In this document: piece after piece, positions 13,081 to 22,935 of the stretch | Position numbering within the stretch: position 1 is the first letter of the stretch | How the letters are laid out: each line of letters starts with the position of its first letter | DNA from: Nemertoderma westbladi | Lineage: Eukaryota > Animalia > Xenacoelomorpha | Length of the DNA stretch: 35,254 nt | Direction: 5' to 3' | Assembly: GCA_032718475.1 (NCBI GenBank) | Contig: JAUCBJ010003788.1 | Location: 1 to 35,254 of the forward strand | Position numbers and translations under genes: made by a program | Notes under the pieces: generated by a model | What the model was told of the DNA's origin: nothing | Seen by the model: only the letters and a program-made list of their open reading frames with translations | Databases searched by the model: none

Positions 13081-14297
13081 TGTAAAAGCTTTTGTGGGAT
13101 AACTGATTCGTTTGCCTTGCTGGCCAGTTCCCCCCCCCCCCGGTCGCTAGAATACTCTAAAAGGGATCTATAAGTAAAATAGTGCAAGCTACCAGCTTAT
13201 TGGCTGATGGGCTGTACGAAGGTATCTGGGTTCTGTTCGATCAGCCAACCAGCTTAGGGAGGTTGCTTCAGCCCTGCTGTCCGTATCGGCCAATAGAATT
13301 TGAGTGGGCGTTGATTTTGACCTATCCCAGAGCTACTGAACTGAATTTCCTATCTGTATGCTCATCCTCTGTGTTGGACGGGAACTTCGGGGAATAAGGG
13401 TAGTTGGTATCCTCGTATAGTCAGGTAGTCATATGATTATTCATATGATTCTGTTGTTGTGTTCCCATTTTTCGCCATAACACCGGCTTTTGGGAAGAAC
13501 TCTAGTAAAACTGCTTAAATTATCGAAAGTATAACTGTTACCGGCGGTGTTACTCACTTACTTACCTTACCTAACTCACTTAATTTAACTGCACTAATCA
13601 TATTGTTTGTACTGTTATTTACCGTCAGTTATTAATTGTATATATTCGTTGATGAATTATTGCCCTTTGGAGAATACGGATAAATCACCCAAAATTCCCA
13701 ATTTTCTTGATACACTACAGGTTAGAGAGACAGGCTATACATAACAATTGCGATTTATATTAATGTGGTGTGTATTGAATCTAATGTTATTTAGCAGACC
13801 CTACATGAGTCAATTGCTGCTCTCTTTATGTGTGATCAAGTTTACTGACGGTCGGCAGAGTAGTGTGCATGATTGTGAGTGTGACTGGTAACAAAGCATT
13901 TCCTAAAGAATGCGCCTTATACTTTAATCATAAGCAGTATCGTTGCGTTTAGTATAAGTCCTAGTTCTGTTTAAATAGATAGAGCGCCACGTCCTAAAGG
14001 AACTGTTAATATTTCCCGAAAGCCAATAATATCTGTCAGAAATTAATTATTAACGATCTATCGAATAATACAGTAGGTTTACACTGCAACCTTACACTGC
14101 AATAATAAAATTTAAGCATCCGAATTCAGCCTCCCGGGTGTAGATCCATCGGGTGAATGATCGCGCATGGGCTGACTTCGGCTAATGTTTTGTTTATTAG
14201 CATAAAATATTGTCGTATGCTAAAGGTGTTTTAATTAACTAAAAGACATATAAATTTTGGCAGGTTAAACTGCTAAAGGTCTACAAAAGCGCGAACA
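13081..14297 (+). repeat. 5' LTR
   Basis: TG...CA ends, collinear with 24278-25459, AATAAA at 14104. The 3' boundary is defined only by where similarity to the other copy stops. Confidence 0.88.
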
Positions 14298-14363
14298 GTA
14301 ACAGTTATAGATCTTATTGCAGTAAGCAATAAGGTTGCAAAATACCGTAGTGACCGGTAAACC

Positions 14364-14497
14364 TGAACCGGTACTTCTGTAGGTCAGTAGGCCCAACTGC
14401 CAGAACCGGTACTGCTGTAGGTCCGTAGGTCCAACTGCCAGAACCGGTACTTCTGTAGGTCTGTAGGCCCAACTGTCCTAACCGGTACTGCTGTATC
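14364..14497. repeat. 39-bp tandem repeat (~3.5 units) in the retroelement leader
   Basis: AACCGGTACT(T/G)CTGTAGGTCNGTAGG(C/T)CCAACTG repeated. Confidence 0.85.
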
Positions 14498-14662
14498 AGT
14501 ACATTAGTATTATTCGAATTTGATTAGTGTATACCGGTAGGTCTTAGTACTTAATCAGGGACTGCAGCCCTGAATTTTTATTGAGATTCTACTTATTTCT
14601 GTCGGTTTTATTTACTAGTAGGCTAATATTGAGCAGAAGGCGTGTGACCCTGCTCAGATTGT

Positions 14663-15242
14663 TCAGATAATTGTAGGCTGAGCTGCTGTCTGACTGTTGT
14701 TGGGTTTGGAGAGATTACGGCGTATGTAGAGTTTGTCTGATAAAGTGCCGTTAGTAAGTTGGGGCAGCCATATGCTGTAAGGTCAATCCCCTCTTAAAGA
14801 ATAAGTCGTACTACCGTGTTAGAACGCATACTAACTAACTGTTTCAGAATCTGCATATACTGTAGTTTATTTAGGCTTGATCGTAGTCTGCCAGTGTTTT
14901 AGCCTGTGTTTGTTTGTGTGGTCTGTTCAGGTACCGTAATAGTTATTACTCAGATATTTTGTAGGCTGGATTGTTGTCTAGCTATTATTAGGTCTGAAGA
15001 GATTGCTGTGTGTGTGGAGTTTGTCTGATAAAGTGCGGTTAGTAAGTTGGGGCAGCCATAAGCTGTAAGGTCAATCCCCTCTTAAAGAATAAGTCGTACT
15101 ACCGTGTTAGAACGCATACTAACTAACCATTTCAGAATCTACACGTACGGTAGTTTATTTAGGCTTGGTGGTAGTCTGCCAGCGTTTGGTTTGTATTTCG
15201 TTTGAGTATTCTGTACGGGTAGCGTAATATTTATTATTCAGA
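14663..15242. repeat. ~288-bp tandem duplication in the retroelement leader
   Basis: Cores 14729-14839 and 15017-15127 differ at only two positions, while the flanks are more diverged. Confidence 0.9.
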
Positions 15243-16172
15243 GTTTATGCGATTATTCGCAACATTCATGTCCCCAAGTTTATTCCTACAGTAATTGTGC
15301 TTGTTATACATACCGTTATAGTTAAATTAACCCCGGTACTACACGGGCTGCTTGGCGTAGGACAAGACTGGTGACGTTGTGCTCTGGTCACTCCAGCAGA
15401 TGCCGTGGTTCTTTTAACTGTTCAAGTATATTTAACTACTGATTATTTGTTATACCGGTACTTGTACCTAATTTAGGGTTTAGCATACAGTGCTTTCCGA
15501 AGTAATTAGTGTGTAGGCAGTATATTTGTGTTGTAAAGTGGTTGATAGGCACATTCGTTAGCTCTATTAACTTCTGGGTAGGAACACTCCGTGATACATA
15601 ACGTAGTACCTATAGCGATACGGTTATAGGTCGTCAGGCGGTGGTATTTTCCTATCTGGACAGTGCAATATATTTACTACTACTTATTATTTCAAATACC
15701 GTAGTACCCTGTCCGTTGTAATAACCAGAAATCTAACCCTTTGTTAGGCTGGTTTGTAGACTTCCTGTAAAATTACCCTAAAAAATTCGTACGTAATATT
15801 TTTGTTGTGTTTAATTAGAGATTTAATCTCACCCATATCGTAAGTAATTTGTAGTATTAAGTAACTTAGGTAAATTTGAATTATCAGTTTTAGTGTCTCA
15901 ATAAGTAACACTTCACTGAGAGCGCACAGCTTCTGTGTAGTGACTCCCCCAGAAATAATAACATTTATTTCAAATATTGACAAAACCCCTTTTAAACGGG
16001 TATATATCTATTATAAATCAACTCAAACGATTTATAAATAGTAGGCCTGCCATACAACAACTAGGTCTCAATATCAGTTGAACTACTGCTTAAATAATGG
16101 TAATAAAGTAAGTTAAAGTAACCAAGTAACCCTAAAATATTCAGAAATTCAATTATTCTAAAAATAATTGAC

Positions 16173-16420
16173 ATACCGGTACTTACCATAGGCTTATTAT
16201 ATTTATTTCTATAAATTTGAGCTGAAATCATACTGGTATTCTGTAATTAATTCTAGTTCATAATTATACTTATATATACTATAAGTGTAAGCTGTATACC
16301 GGTATTTACGATAGGCCTATTATATATTTATATATATTTGTGCTAAAATTATATACCGGTACTCTGTGACAAATCTAGTCTGTAATAATACTTATAAATA
16401 TTATAAGCATACCGGTATTC
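16173..16420. repeat. ~120-bp diverged tandem duplication upstream of gag
   Basis: ATACCGGTA..TAC.ATAGGC.TATTAT...TACTTATA.ATA.TATAAG occurs twice, with the start of a third copy at 16409. Confidence 0.7.
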
Positions 16421-16555
16421 TCATATATTGTATATACATCACGTTACACTGAGTAACGGTATCGGTAATAAATCGCTAGGCTTGCGGTCATACTGAATTA
16501 CCAGACTTGCTTTAACTGAAACTATAGTAGTAGACATTCAACTGTATAGCTAAAC

Positions 16556-17638
16556 ATGTCTGACACTCAGCAAAACCTGTCAGACAGTCTGATCGATACA
16601 ACTACCTGTGACTCAGATAGGAGTGTGGAGCGATTAAGAAAGGAGTTCAGCTCACCTCCTACTGCAAAAAAGGTCATCCCTCCAGTAGTATCAGACCCTA
16701 GGCTAATCCACCATAGGTCCATCATAGGCACTCGGGCACAGGTCAAACGGAACCAAGAGGCAGTTGTCCCATCGCAGCAACATCTTGGTCAAGAACCTAC
16801 TTCCCAGCGACCCGATAGCTCCAGCAGTTCGGATACTGTAGAGCTGACCCCCGAACGCGGAGTGCAGATGGCTGCTACAGTCTACTCGGACCCCCTTCTT
16901 ACCCTTCCTGCTGCAGTGCTAACTACTATATTCATTGCGGTGGAGGAACATCAAGCCGACTGGGCGAGGAATAAGCGAGCGACCCAAGATAATTATGTGG
17001 GATACGCCAGGGAAGAATTAATGTCTATTGTCGAGTCACAATGGAACTTTCCCGGACTCGGACTCCCGTTGGATCTGTCCGAGGCTACTTGGGAAGATAT
17101 ACACAGGATGGGAGTGGCAAAAGATACAATGGATCCAGCTGTTTGGAAGAGGTCGGCAGCAGGATATGTGCAGGGATTCTTAGGCTCCTTGGAGCGATTG
17201 GAAGAACAACTGTTTCGACAACCTCAAGGACCTCAAGAGCAGGAAGAGCTGCTATACCAAATACGCGAAAGAACCCTACGCATACGTCTAATCCTCTCAG
17301 CATTTGAGGAAACTTCCAAAAGAAGACAGGACACGTCGCTGCAGGTTGCTGTCAAAACTTGGTTACATCGGGTAGATCTTAAAGTACAGGAAACGGCCCA
17401 GTGGAAATCCCAGCTGGCTGAGAGATCAACCTATGAAGAACAAACTGATGTCACCCTTTCTCAAGCGGAAAGCGAAGAGACCGCCGAGAAACCGCGAACT
17501 AGAGACGCTATCGACATTTATTTGTCCGACTATCAGCGATTCCTAGGAGACGAAGAGTTGAGGAGACGGCTGTCTGGACTTTCCCCTAATAGTGAAGGAA
17601 CCAAGCTGTGTTGGACTCAATCGATGCGGAAATGTTAG
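16556..17638 (+). CDS. gag: N-terminal part of the retroelement Gag polyprotein (frameshifted from the next ORF)
   Basis: 360-aa ATG-initiated ORF inside the LTR element, helical/charged composition, overlapping the next ORF in the -1 frame. Confidence 0.7.
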   Translation: MSDTQQNLSDSLIDTTTCDSDRSVERLRKEFSSPPTAKKVIPPVVSDPRLIHHRSIIGTRAQVKRNQEAVVPSQQHLGQEPTSQRPDSSSSSDTVELTPERGVQMAATVYSDPLLTLPAAVLTTIFIAVEEHQADWARNKRATQDNYVGYAREELMSIVESQWNFPGLGLPLDLSEATWEDIHRMGVAKDTMDPAVWKRSAAGYVQGFLGSLERLEEQLFRQPQGPQEQEELLYQIRERTLRIRLILSAFEETSKRRQDTSLQVAVKTWLHRVDLKVQETAQWKSQLAERSTYEEQTDVTLSQAESEETAEKPRTRDAIDIYLSDYQRFLGDEELRRRLSGLSPNSEGTKLCWTQSMRKC

Positions 17639-20600
17639 CTGCAAACCAAGCTGAATGTGATGAAAAACTCCGCCTCACTAGAGTCCGAGAAGAACAAGTA
17701 AAGAAAGAATGGATAGAGAAAAGAAAGGTGGCAGCAGCAGCGGCAGCAGAAGCAGAAGCCGAAAGAAAAGCGGCAGAAGCAGAAGCCGAAAGAAAGTCGG
17801 CAGAAGCAGAAGCCGAAAGAAAAGCGGCAGAAGCAGAAGCCGAAAGAAAGTCGGCAAAAGCAGAAGCCGAAAGAAAGGCGGCAGAAGCAGAAGCAGAAGC
17901 CGAAAGAAAGGCAGCAGAAGCAGAAGCGGAAAGAAAAGCAGCAGTGGCAGAAGCAGAAGCAGAAGCCGAAAGAAAGGCGGCAGAAGCAGAAGCAGAAAGA
18001 AAAGCAGCAGTGGCAGAAGCAGAACGTAGAGCTTCTGAGGAGACTATCCAATTGGAGTTGGAAAATCTGCAAGAGATGCAAGACAGTATAAATAAACAGT
18101 TTACTGCTAATCAAATGCAGATGATGAGAAAATCTACTCCCAAGCGCCAGGGATACACATCCTCGGAGGAAGGCGAGACTACCGATCCTGAAGGCGGAGG
18201 AAATAGATCTCATCTAAGTAGGCGTAGAAAAACATCTTATCGTCGCAAATTGCCTGATTTGCCCCCAGCTGTTAGAAGACAGCTAGCTAGCACAGACTTG
18301 AGTAGTATAGAACCTACAGCCCAAAGTATTAAGGTCCAAAGACTCTCTACAATAGTTGATGAGCCTGAGATAATTAGGCCAGTCGTTCCCAAAGTCACTT
18401 CTGTGTTAGAGACCCCTGTACTTCCAGAGCTTAACTCTAAATTCCCTTTACATAGTACTACACTGCCCGTACCCGGTGGAACAGTCCAAGAGAATATCCC
18501 TGTCCAGATAGCAGAGAGAGAAATCAAAAATTTGTCTCCCGTCGTCCCGCGTCAGCCCGCTACTATGTTGGCGACTCCCGCTTCGGCGGTTGAGTGGGTG
18601 GAAGAGGGACTGCGGGGGATGAATCTCCTGCTAGGACAGATGCAGGAGACTGTCCACCAACTTAAGGGAACAGTGAGGGAAGGTAGAGCAGAGTTGCAAG
18701 AAGTGCAGCAAAGTATCGCGCTAGAACGCGACAAATTAGTCAATATACAAAAGGGCATACCAATACCCCCTGTAACATTGTGTCAGCCTGTTAGGTCTGA
18801 AGTATTACATGCGCAAGGTGTGGAGCCTACACGCATCTATACTGCTAGTGAAGTTGAAACTCCTATAGCAAACCCTATTAAGGGTGATTATAGACCTGTT
18901 ATTAATGATATTCCCTATAGACCTGATAATGATCCGAGAAATTTATATACCGATAATTCGATATTAAATAACACGATGGCCCAAGAAAGCTTTACGCGTC
19001 AGATGGCTAGAACAGAAGCCCGCCAAGCGGTCAAAGTGGGAGAGATCGTCAAATTCAATGGAGATGAGATGAAATGGTTACCTTTCAACGAATATTACAA
19101 AGATAGCATACAGAACTCTGTACTATCTAACGGAGAGAAACTTAGATTCCTCATCAAGTGCTTGGAAGGACCTCCCAAGTTAATGGCGTTAAAGTTTATT
19201 GGACATCCAGATGGATTAAGACAAGTTTGGGATACACTAAACATCAGGTATGGTAACAAGGATAACATAGCTAAGTATTTGTATGCAAAATTAGTAGCCC
19301 CCCGACACTTCCTTAGTAGCGGGATTATAGAGTTTTCCGATGAAATTCAAGAGATCTGTAGACAACTGGACTGGTTAGGTAAGTCGCATGAATATCAGAG
19401 TTCCATGGTTATTGGAGCCGTAGTCTCTACTTTACCAAAGGGTGGAGTATGTACACGCTGGGACAAGAAAGTGTTGTACATGAATGAACAACAACGACGA
19501 AGTCCTACCATGGCTGATCTCATGTCCTTCTTAGATAGTGAAGTAAAATTACAACTCATAAGGCAGTCCAGAGAGAAAACATCGGAAAATAAGGTAAGTG
19601 AGAAACCCGTTTCTAGGAGAAGGATAATACCAGTGTGTTATACTGACGATGGCGAAAGCCAAGCTTCTCAAGAAGAGGACAGCGGGAAAGACACAGCAAA
19701 ATCTTACTATGACAACAAGACCTATAAAGACGTAAGTAAATACAAGTCTCGAACCAGTGACAGGAGAGAACAGGTAACAACAACTCCTCCTACGTCTCCT
19801 AAGAGAATTCACGGAAGAAAGCCCGAAGAAAGAACGAGAGTGCAGAACGTTAACCAAGTTAAGGTGAGTAACATCAAACCAAAATGTGCGCTGTGCGACG
19901 GGCCCCACCGTTTGAGTGCGTGTGCTGAATTTCTAAAGAAATCCCTTGTAGACAGACGTACAGTCCTGTGGAATAAGCGGTTATGCTATAATTGCCTCAG
20001 ATCAGGACACCAACGGCGAACCTGTTACTCCGACATAAAGTGTGCAAAGTGTGGCGCGAAACATCACATCTTGTTACACAGTGAGTTCGAACGAGACAAA
20101 CTGAGTCAGGTAAGTGAGCCCGAACTACATGTCCAATTCAGTGATGTAAACGACACTGATCAAGAATCTGAGATGGAAGGATTCTATACTGACGAATTCT
20201 CCGACGCCAACGAATCCTGTTATCTAATCAATACCGCAGTGTATCGAGCACTTACTTATGAAAAGGACACCAACAATGAGTTTCCCCCAACTACTTTTGC
20301 CAAACAACCATCTTGGAAAGCTCCAACTTCCAACGTAGGAATCAGAGAATTTCCTGTAGTGCAGGTAAGAGTTCACGGTCTTAACAAAAGTTACATAGTG
20401 AACGCCCTCCTTGACTCCGGCAGCACAGGAACATTCATCGATCAAGAACTAGCCGAAGATATCTTTGCTGGACAACCCAAGTTCCGGACTAAATTGAATA
20501 TGTCAGGAATTATGCAGGTTTGGAAATCTACCCTAACGGCAGATTACTATGTAGGTGTGTTGTCCACCCCCCAGGATAAATTAGGAGCACAAGGTATAAG

Positions 20601-21315
20601 GTCGGTAAAAATGGTGGCTATAAAGAACTTCGCTACTACCCAAGCAGACCTTTATAATTGGGACGAGGATGAGAGCATCCAACATCTTAAGATACCTCGA
20701 TTCCAGACAGATTATCCTGGAGTGCAAATACTCATCGGCCAAAACGCGCATGAGGCGCTCGAGACATTGGAGAAACGGCCTGCTCAACCGCAGCCACTAC
20801 AAACCTATGCGGTAAGAACTAGAGTAGGTTGGTACTTCACTGGCCCTTCCCGTAGAACTCTCAAAGAGAGATTACCTCAACAACAGGTATACCAAGTAAA
20901 GGGGGAAGTGGAGAGCAGTGATGTGGACGATCCAACTGAGGGAACACCATACTCCTCAGATAATGACGATATTAACTCCAATGTAGATCAATGGAGACAT
21001 TGCCTTGGGACGATTAATCCAGCCGACATCGCTTCCAGAGGAGCAACTCCTCAAGAACTGATAGATACTCCAGGCTGGTTAGGTGGATCCGACTCCTTAA
21101 GTAAAGAAGAAGAAGAATGGCCTCCTCATCTTACCACGGCAGAAATTAGACAGGCCAAGGGAGCGGAGAAAGTAACACAACAACTCAATCGCCCAGCTAG
21201 TCGTTTATGTTTACTGGAAAGAGACCGAAAACTGTCCGGAAACTATGGAAGGCAAGATACTCTTCCTACGACCACTTCCCTAATCCGACAAATATCTAGG
21301 GACTCCATAACGTAA
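17608..21315 (+). CDS. gag: BEL/Pao Gag-protease with truncated pol remnants
   Basis: DUF1759-like KFNGDEMKWLPF...EKLRFLIKCLEG (~19051). Three knuckles: CALCDGPHRLSAC, CYNCLRSGHQRRTC, CAKCGAKHHILLH (19885-20079). Aspartic protease ALLDSGS (20404) with ILIG...TRVGW..TGP. Remnants QWRHCLGTINPADIASRG...WP and RPASRLCLLE follow. Confidence 0.92.
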   Translation: MLDSIDAEMLAANQAECDEKLRLTRVREEQVKKEWIEKRKVAAAAAAEAEAERKAAEAEAERKSAEAEAERKAAEAEAERKSAKAEAERKAAEAEAEAERKAAEAEAERKAAVAEAEAEAERKAAEAEAERKAAVAEAERRASEETIQLELENLQEMQDSINKQFTANQMQMMRKSTPKRQGYTSSEEGETTDPEGGGNRSHLSRRRKTSYRRKLPDLPPAVRRQLASTDLSSIEPTAQSIKVQRLSTIVDEPEIIRPVVPKVTSVLETPVLPELNSKFPLHSTTLPVPGGTVQENIPVQIAEREIKNLSPVVPRQPATMLATPASAVEWVEEGLRGMNLLLGQMQETVHQLKGTVREGRAELQEVQQSIALERDKLVNIQKGIPIPPVTLCQPVRSEVLHAQGVEPTRIYTASEVETPIANPIKGDYRPVINDIPYRPDNDPRNLYTDNSILNNTMAQESFTRQMARTEARQAVKVGEIVKFNGDEMKWLPFNEYYKDSIQNSVLSNGEKLRFLIKCLEGPPKLMALKFIGHPDGLRQVWDTLNIRYGNKDNIAKYLYAKLVAPRHFLSSGIIEFSDEIQEICRQLDWLGKSHEYQSSMVIGAVVSTLPKGGVCTRWDKKVLYMNEQQRRSPTMADLMSFLDSEVKLQLIRQSREKTSENKVSEKPVSRRRIIPVCYTDDGESQASQEEDSGKDTAKSYYDNKTYKDVSKYKSRTSDRREQVTTTPPTSPKRIHGRKPEERTRVQNVNQVKVSNIKPKCALCDGPHRLSACAEFLKKSLVDRRTVLWNKRLCYNCLRSGHQRRTCYSDIKCAKCGAKHHILLHSEFERDKLSQVSEPELHVQFSDVNDTDQESEMEGFYTDEFSDANESCYLINTAVYRALTYEKDTNNEFPPTTFAKQPSWKAPTSNVGIREFPVVQVRVHGLNKSYIVNALLDSGSTGTFIDQELAEDIFAGQPKFRTKLNMSGIMQVWKSTLTADYYVGVLSTPQDKLGAQGIRSVKMVAIKNFATTQADLYNWDEDESIQHLKIPRFQTDYPGVQILIGQNAHEALETLEKRPAQPQPLQTYAVRTRVGWYFTGPSRRTLKERLPQQQVYQVKGEVESSDVDDPTEGTPYSSDNDDINSNVDQWRHCLGTINPADIASRGATPQELIDTPGWLGGSDSLSKEEEEWPPHLTTAEIRQAKGAEKVTQQLNRPASRLCLLERDRKLSGNYGRQDTLPTTTSLIRQISRDSIT
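17740..18026 (+). repeat. 27-33-bp coding repeat encoding (A/S)AEAEAERK
   Basis: About ten in-frame units of GCGGCAGAAGCAGAAGCCGAAAGAAA(A/G) within gag. Confidence 0.92.
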
Positions 21316-22935
21316 TAACATATGGAGTGGGCGTGTGACTATATCATTTTATATTTGTTTTTATTTTATATTTATGTATGTATTATTATGCAATTTTATT
21401 ATAATCGTTTTCTTTAATTTTATTTAGTAGAATGTTATTTTAGAATATTTAGTAAATTAGTGCAATATATTAGTGTTTATTACGTATTTAATTACTTACA
21501 ATATATTTAGTGCGACGGCAAGAAATAATTATTTTTCTCTTTCCTTACTGTCCGTATTATATTATAAATGCGAGACTATAGTAAGATGACATGTCAGTAC
21601 TTATTAAAGTACAATAAAGCCACTACTATATTTAAGTATTATTGGTAGGCAGAGTATTAGGAATGCAAAGTTCAGATCCTCGTGTCTCAGCTAAACCAAG
21701 CTCTGGGTAGACCTTGGAAACGACTTGCCTCTTCACACTGACATTGCTTCGTGCGATATTGCTCTTCTACCTTATAACAAATAATACATATAGTAGCGTG
21801 ATGTCCCTCTAACAGTAGCGTAAATCGCAAATAAATCTGTTAAACTTTTTGACCATCTGTAATTGTAGTCGATTAAGATATCGTGGCACCCACCGATATA
21901 CTTGAAAGACAAATTCTAGAATCAGTGGTTAATGTCCCCAGACAAGTTCTGGAATAAATCGGTGCCCATCCTAAATATTAATTTAATATTTATTAAAATC
22001 TGTAAAATCCCGATCCTTTAAAATTTCTAGTCAATTAAGATATCGCAGTATTTACCGATATTCTTAGAAGGACTATTTTATAGAATTAAGGATCCTAAGT
22101 CCCCAGATATGCTCTGGAATAAAATTTGTGTCAATTTAACATCAAATAATAAAATTCACGGGAATAAATTTAAATTCATATTCAAATGAATTTCATAAAT
22201 TGTCATTTTGTGCAAATTATAACATTCCCAAAATTCCAGTAATTAATAGATCATGGGAGCGGAGATTCATATTGAGTGTACTAGAGTGCGAGAATCTCCA
22301 ACATATAGTCAATAGCCGATAAAATTTATAAAATCATGCATAAAGAGGATATTGACAATTAAAGAATTACTATTAAATAGCATCCCAGATCTGTATGCAT
22401 GAGAATTACCCTAATTCTACCGCTAGTTTTCCATAATGTCACCATGGCAACACCCACGCTAGAATTAGAAGCAAGTTAAAGGAACAATAAAAGGCTTGCC
22501 CCATTGCGTAGCATAAGAATATACATAGCGCACTATTAGTATCCAAGGATACATAGTAATAACGTGACATTCTGGAAGACACTGATTAACGGACAAATGG
22601 CCTGCATGTGTGCAGTAAGTAATGATTGTATGGAATTTGTGCGTTTATAGGTGAATGTTACTACTAAAGTGTGTTTACAGTAGCTAATCGCAATTGTAAA
22701 GTAGCCCTAACTCTACCGAGATAACCTCAAGTGGATTCAAGCTTTTGGGACGGACAGTGGTGGGACTTGTGCCGGTTATCGTTGTCGTGCTGTTGCTACA
22801 TGTTGGCGTAAACACCGCGACAACGGTACATCGGCGCTGAGAAACCCACTGTCCGGGGGCAAAGACTAGTAGGCAGCGACGCCCGCTTGCCTAAATATTA
22901 ACTCATACTGATATTAATAAACTCAGATAGCAGAT

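Noticed and set aside
13182-13397. Small ORF conserved in both LTRs (also 24391-24588)
   Set aside because: Conservation is explained by LTR identity, the starts are non-ATG, and there is no recognisable domain.
14115-14190. HDV-like or hammerhead ribozyme in the LTR/leader hairpins
   Set aside because: I could not build the nested double pseudoknot or find a CUGANGA/GAAA core with proper stems, so it is kept only as a generic structure.
17635-18213. Cys/Phe-rich antisense ORF and the SR-rich alternative-frame ORF (17709-18029)
   Set aside because: Shadows of the AEAEAERK coding repeat.
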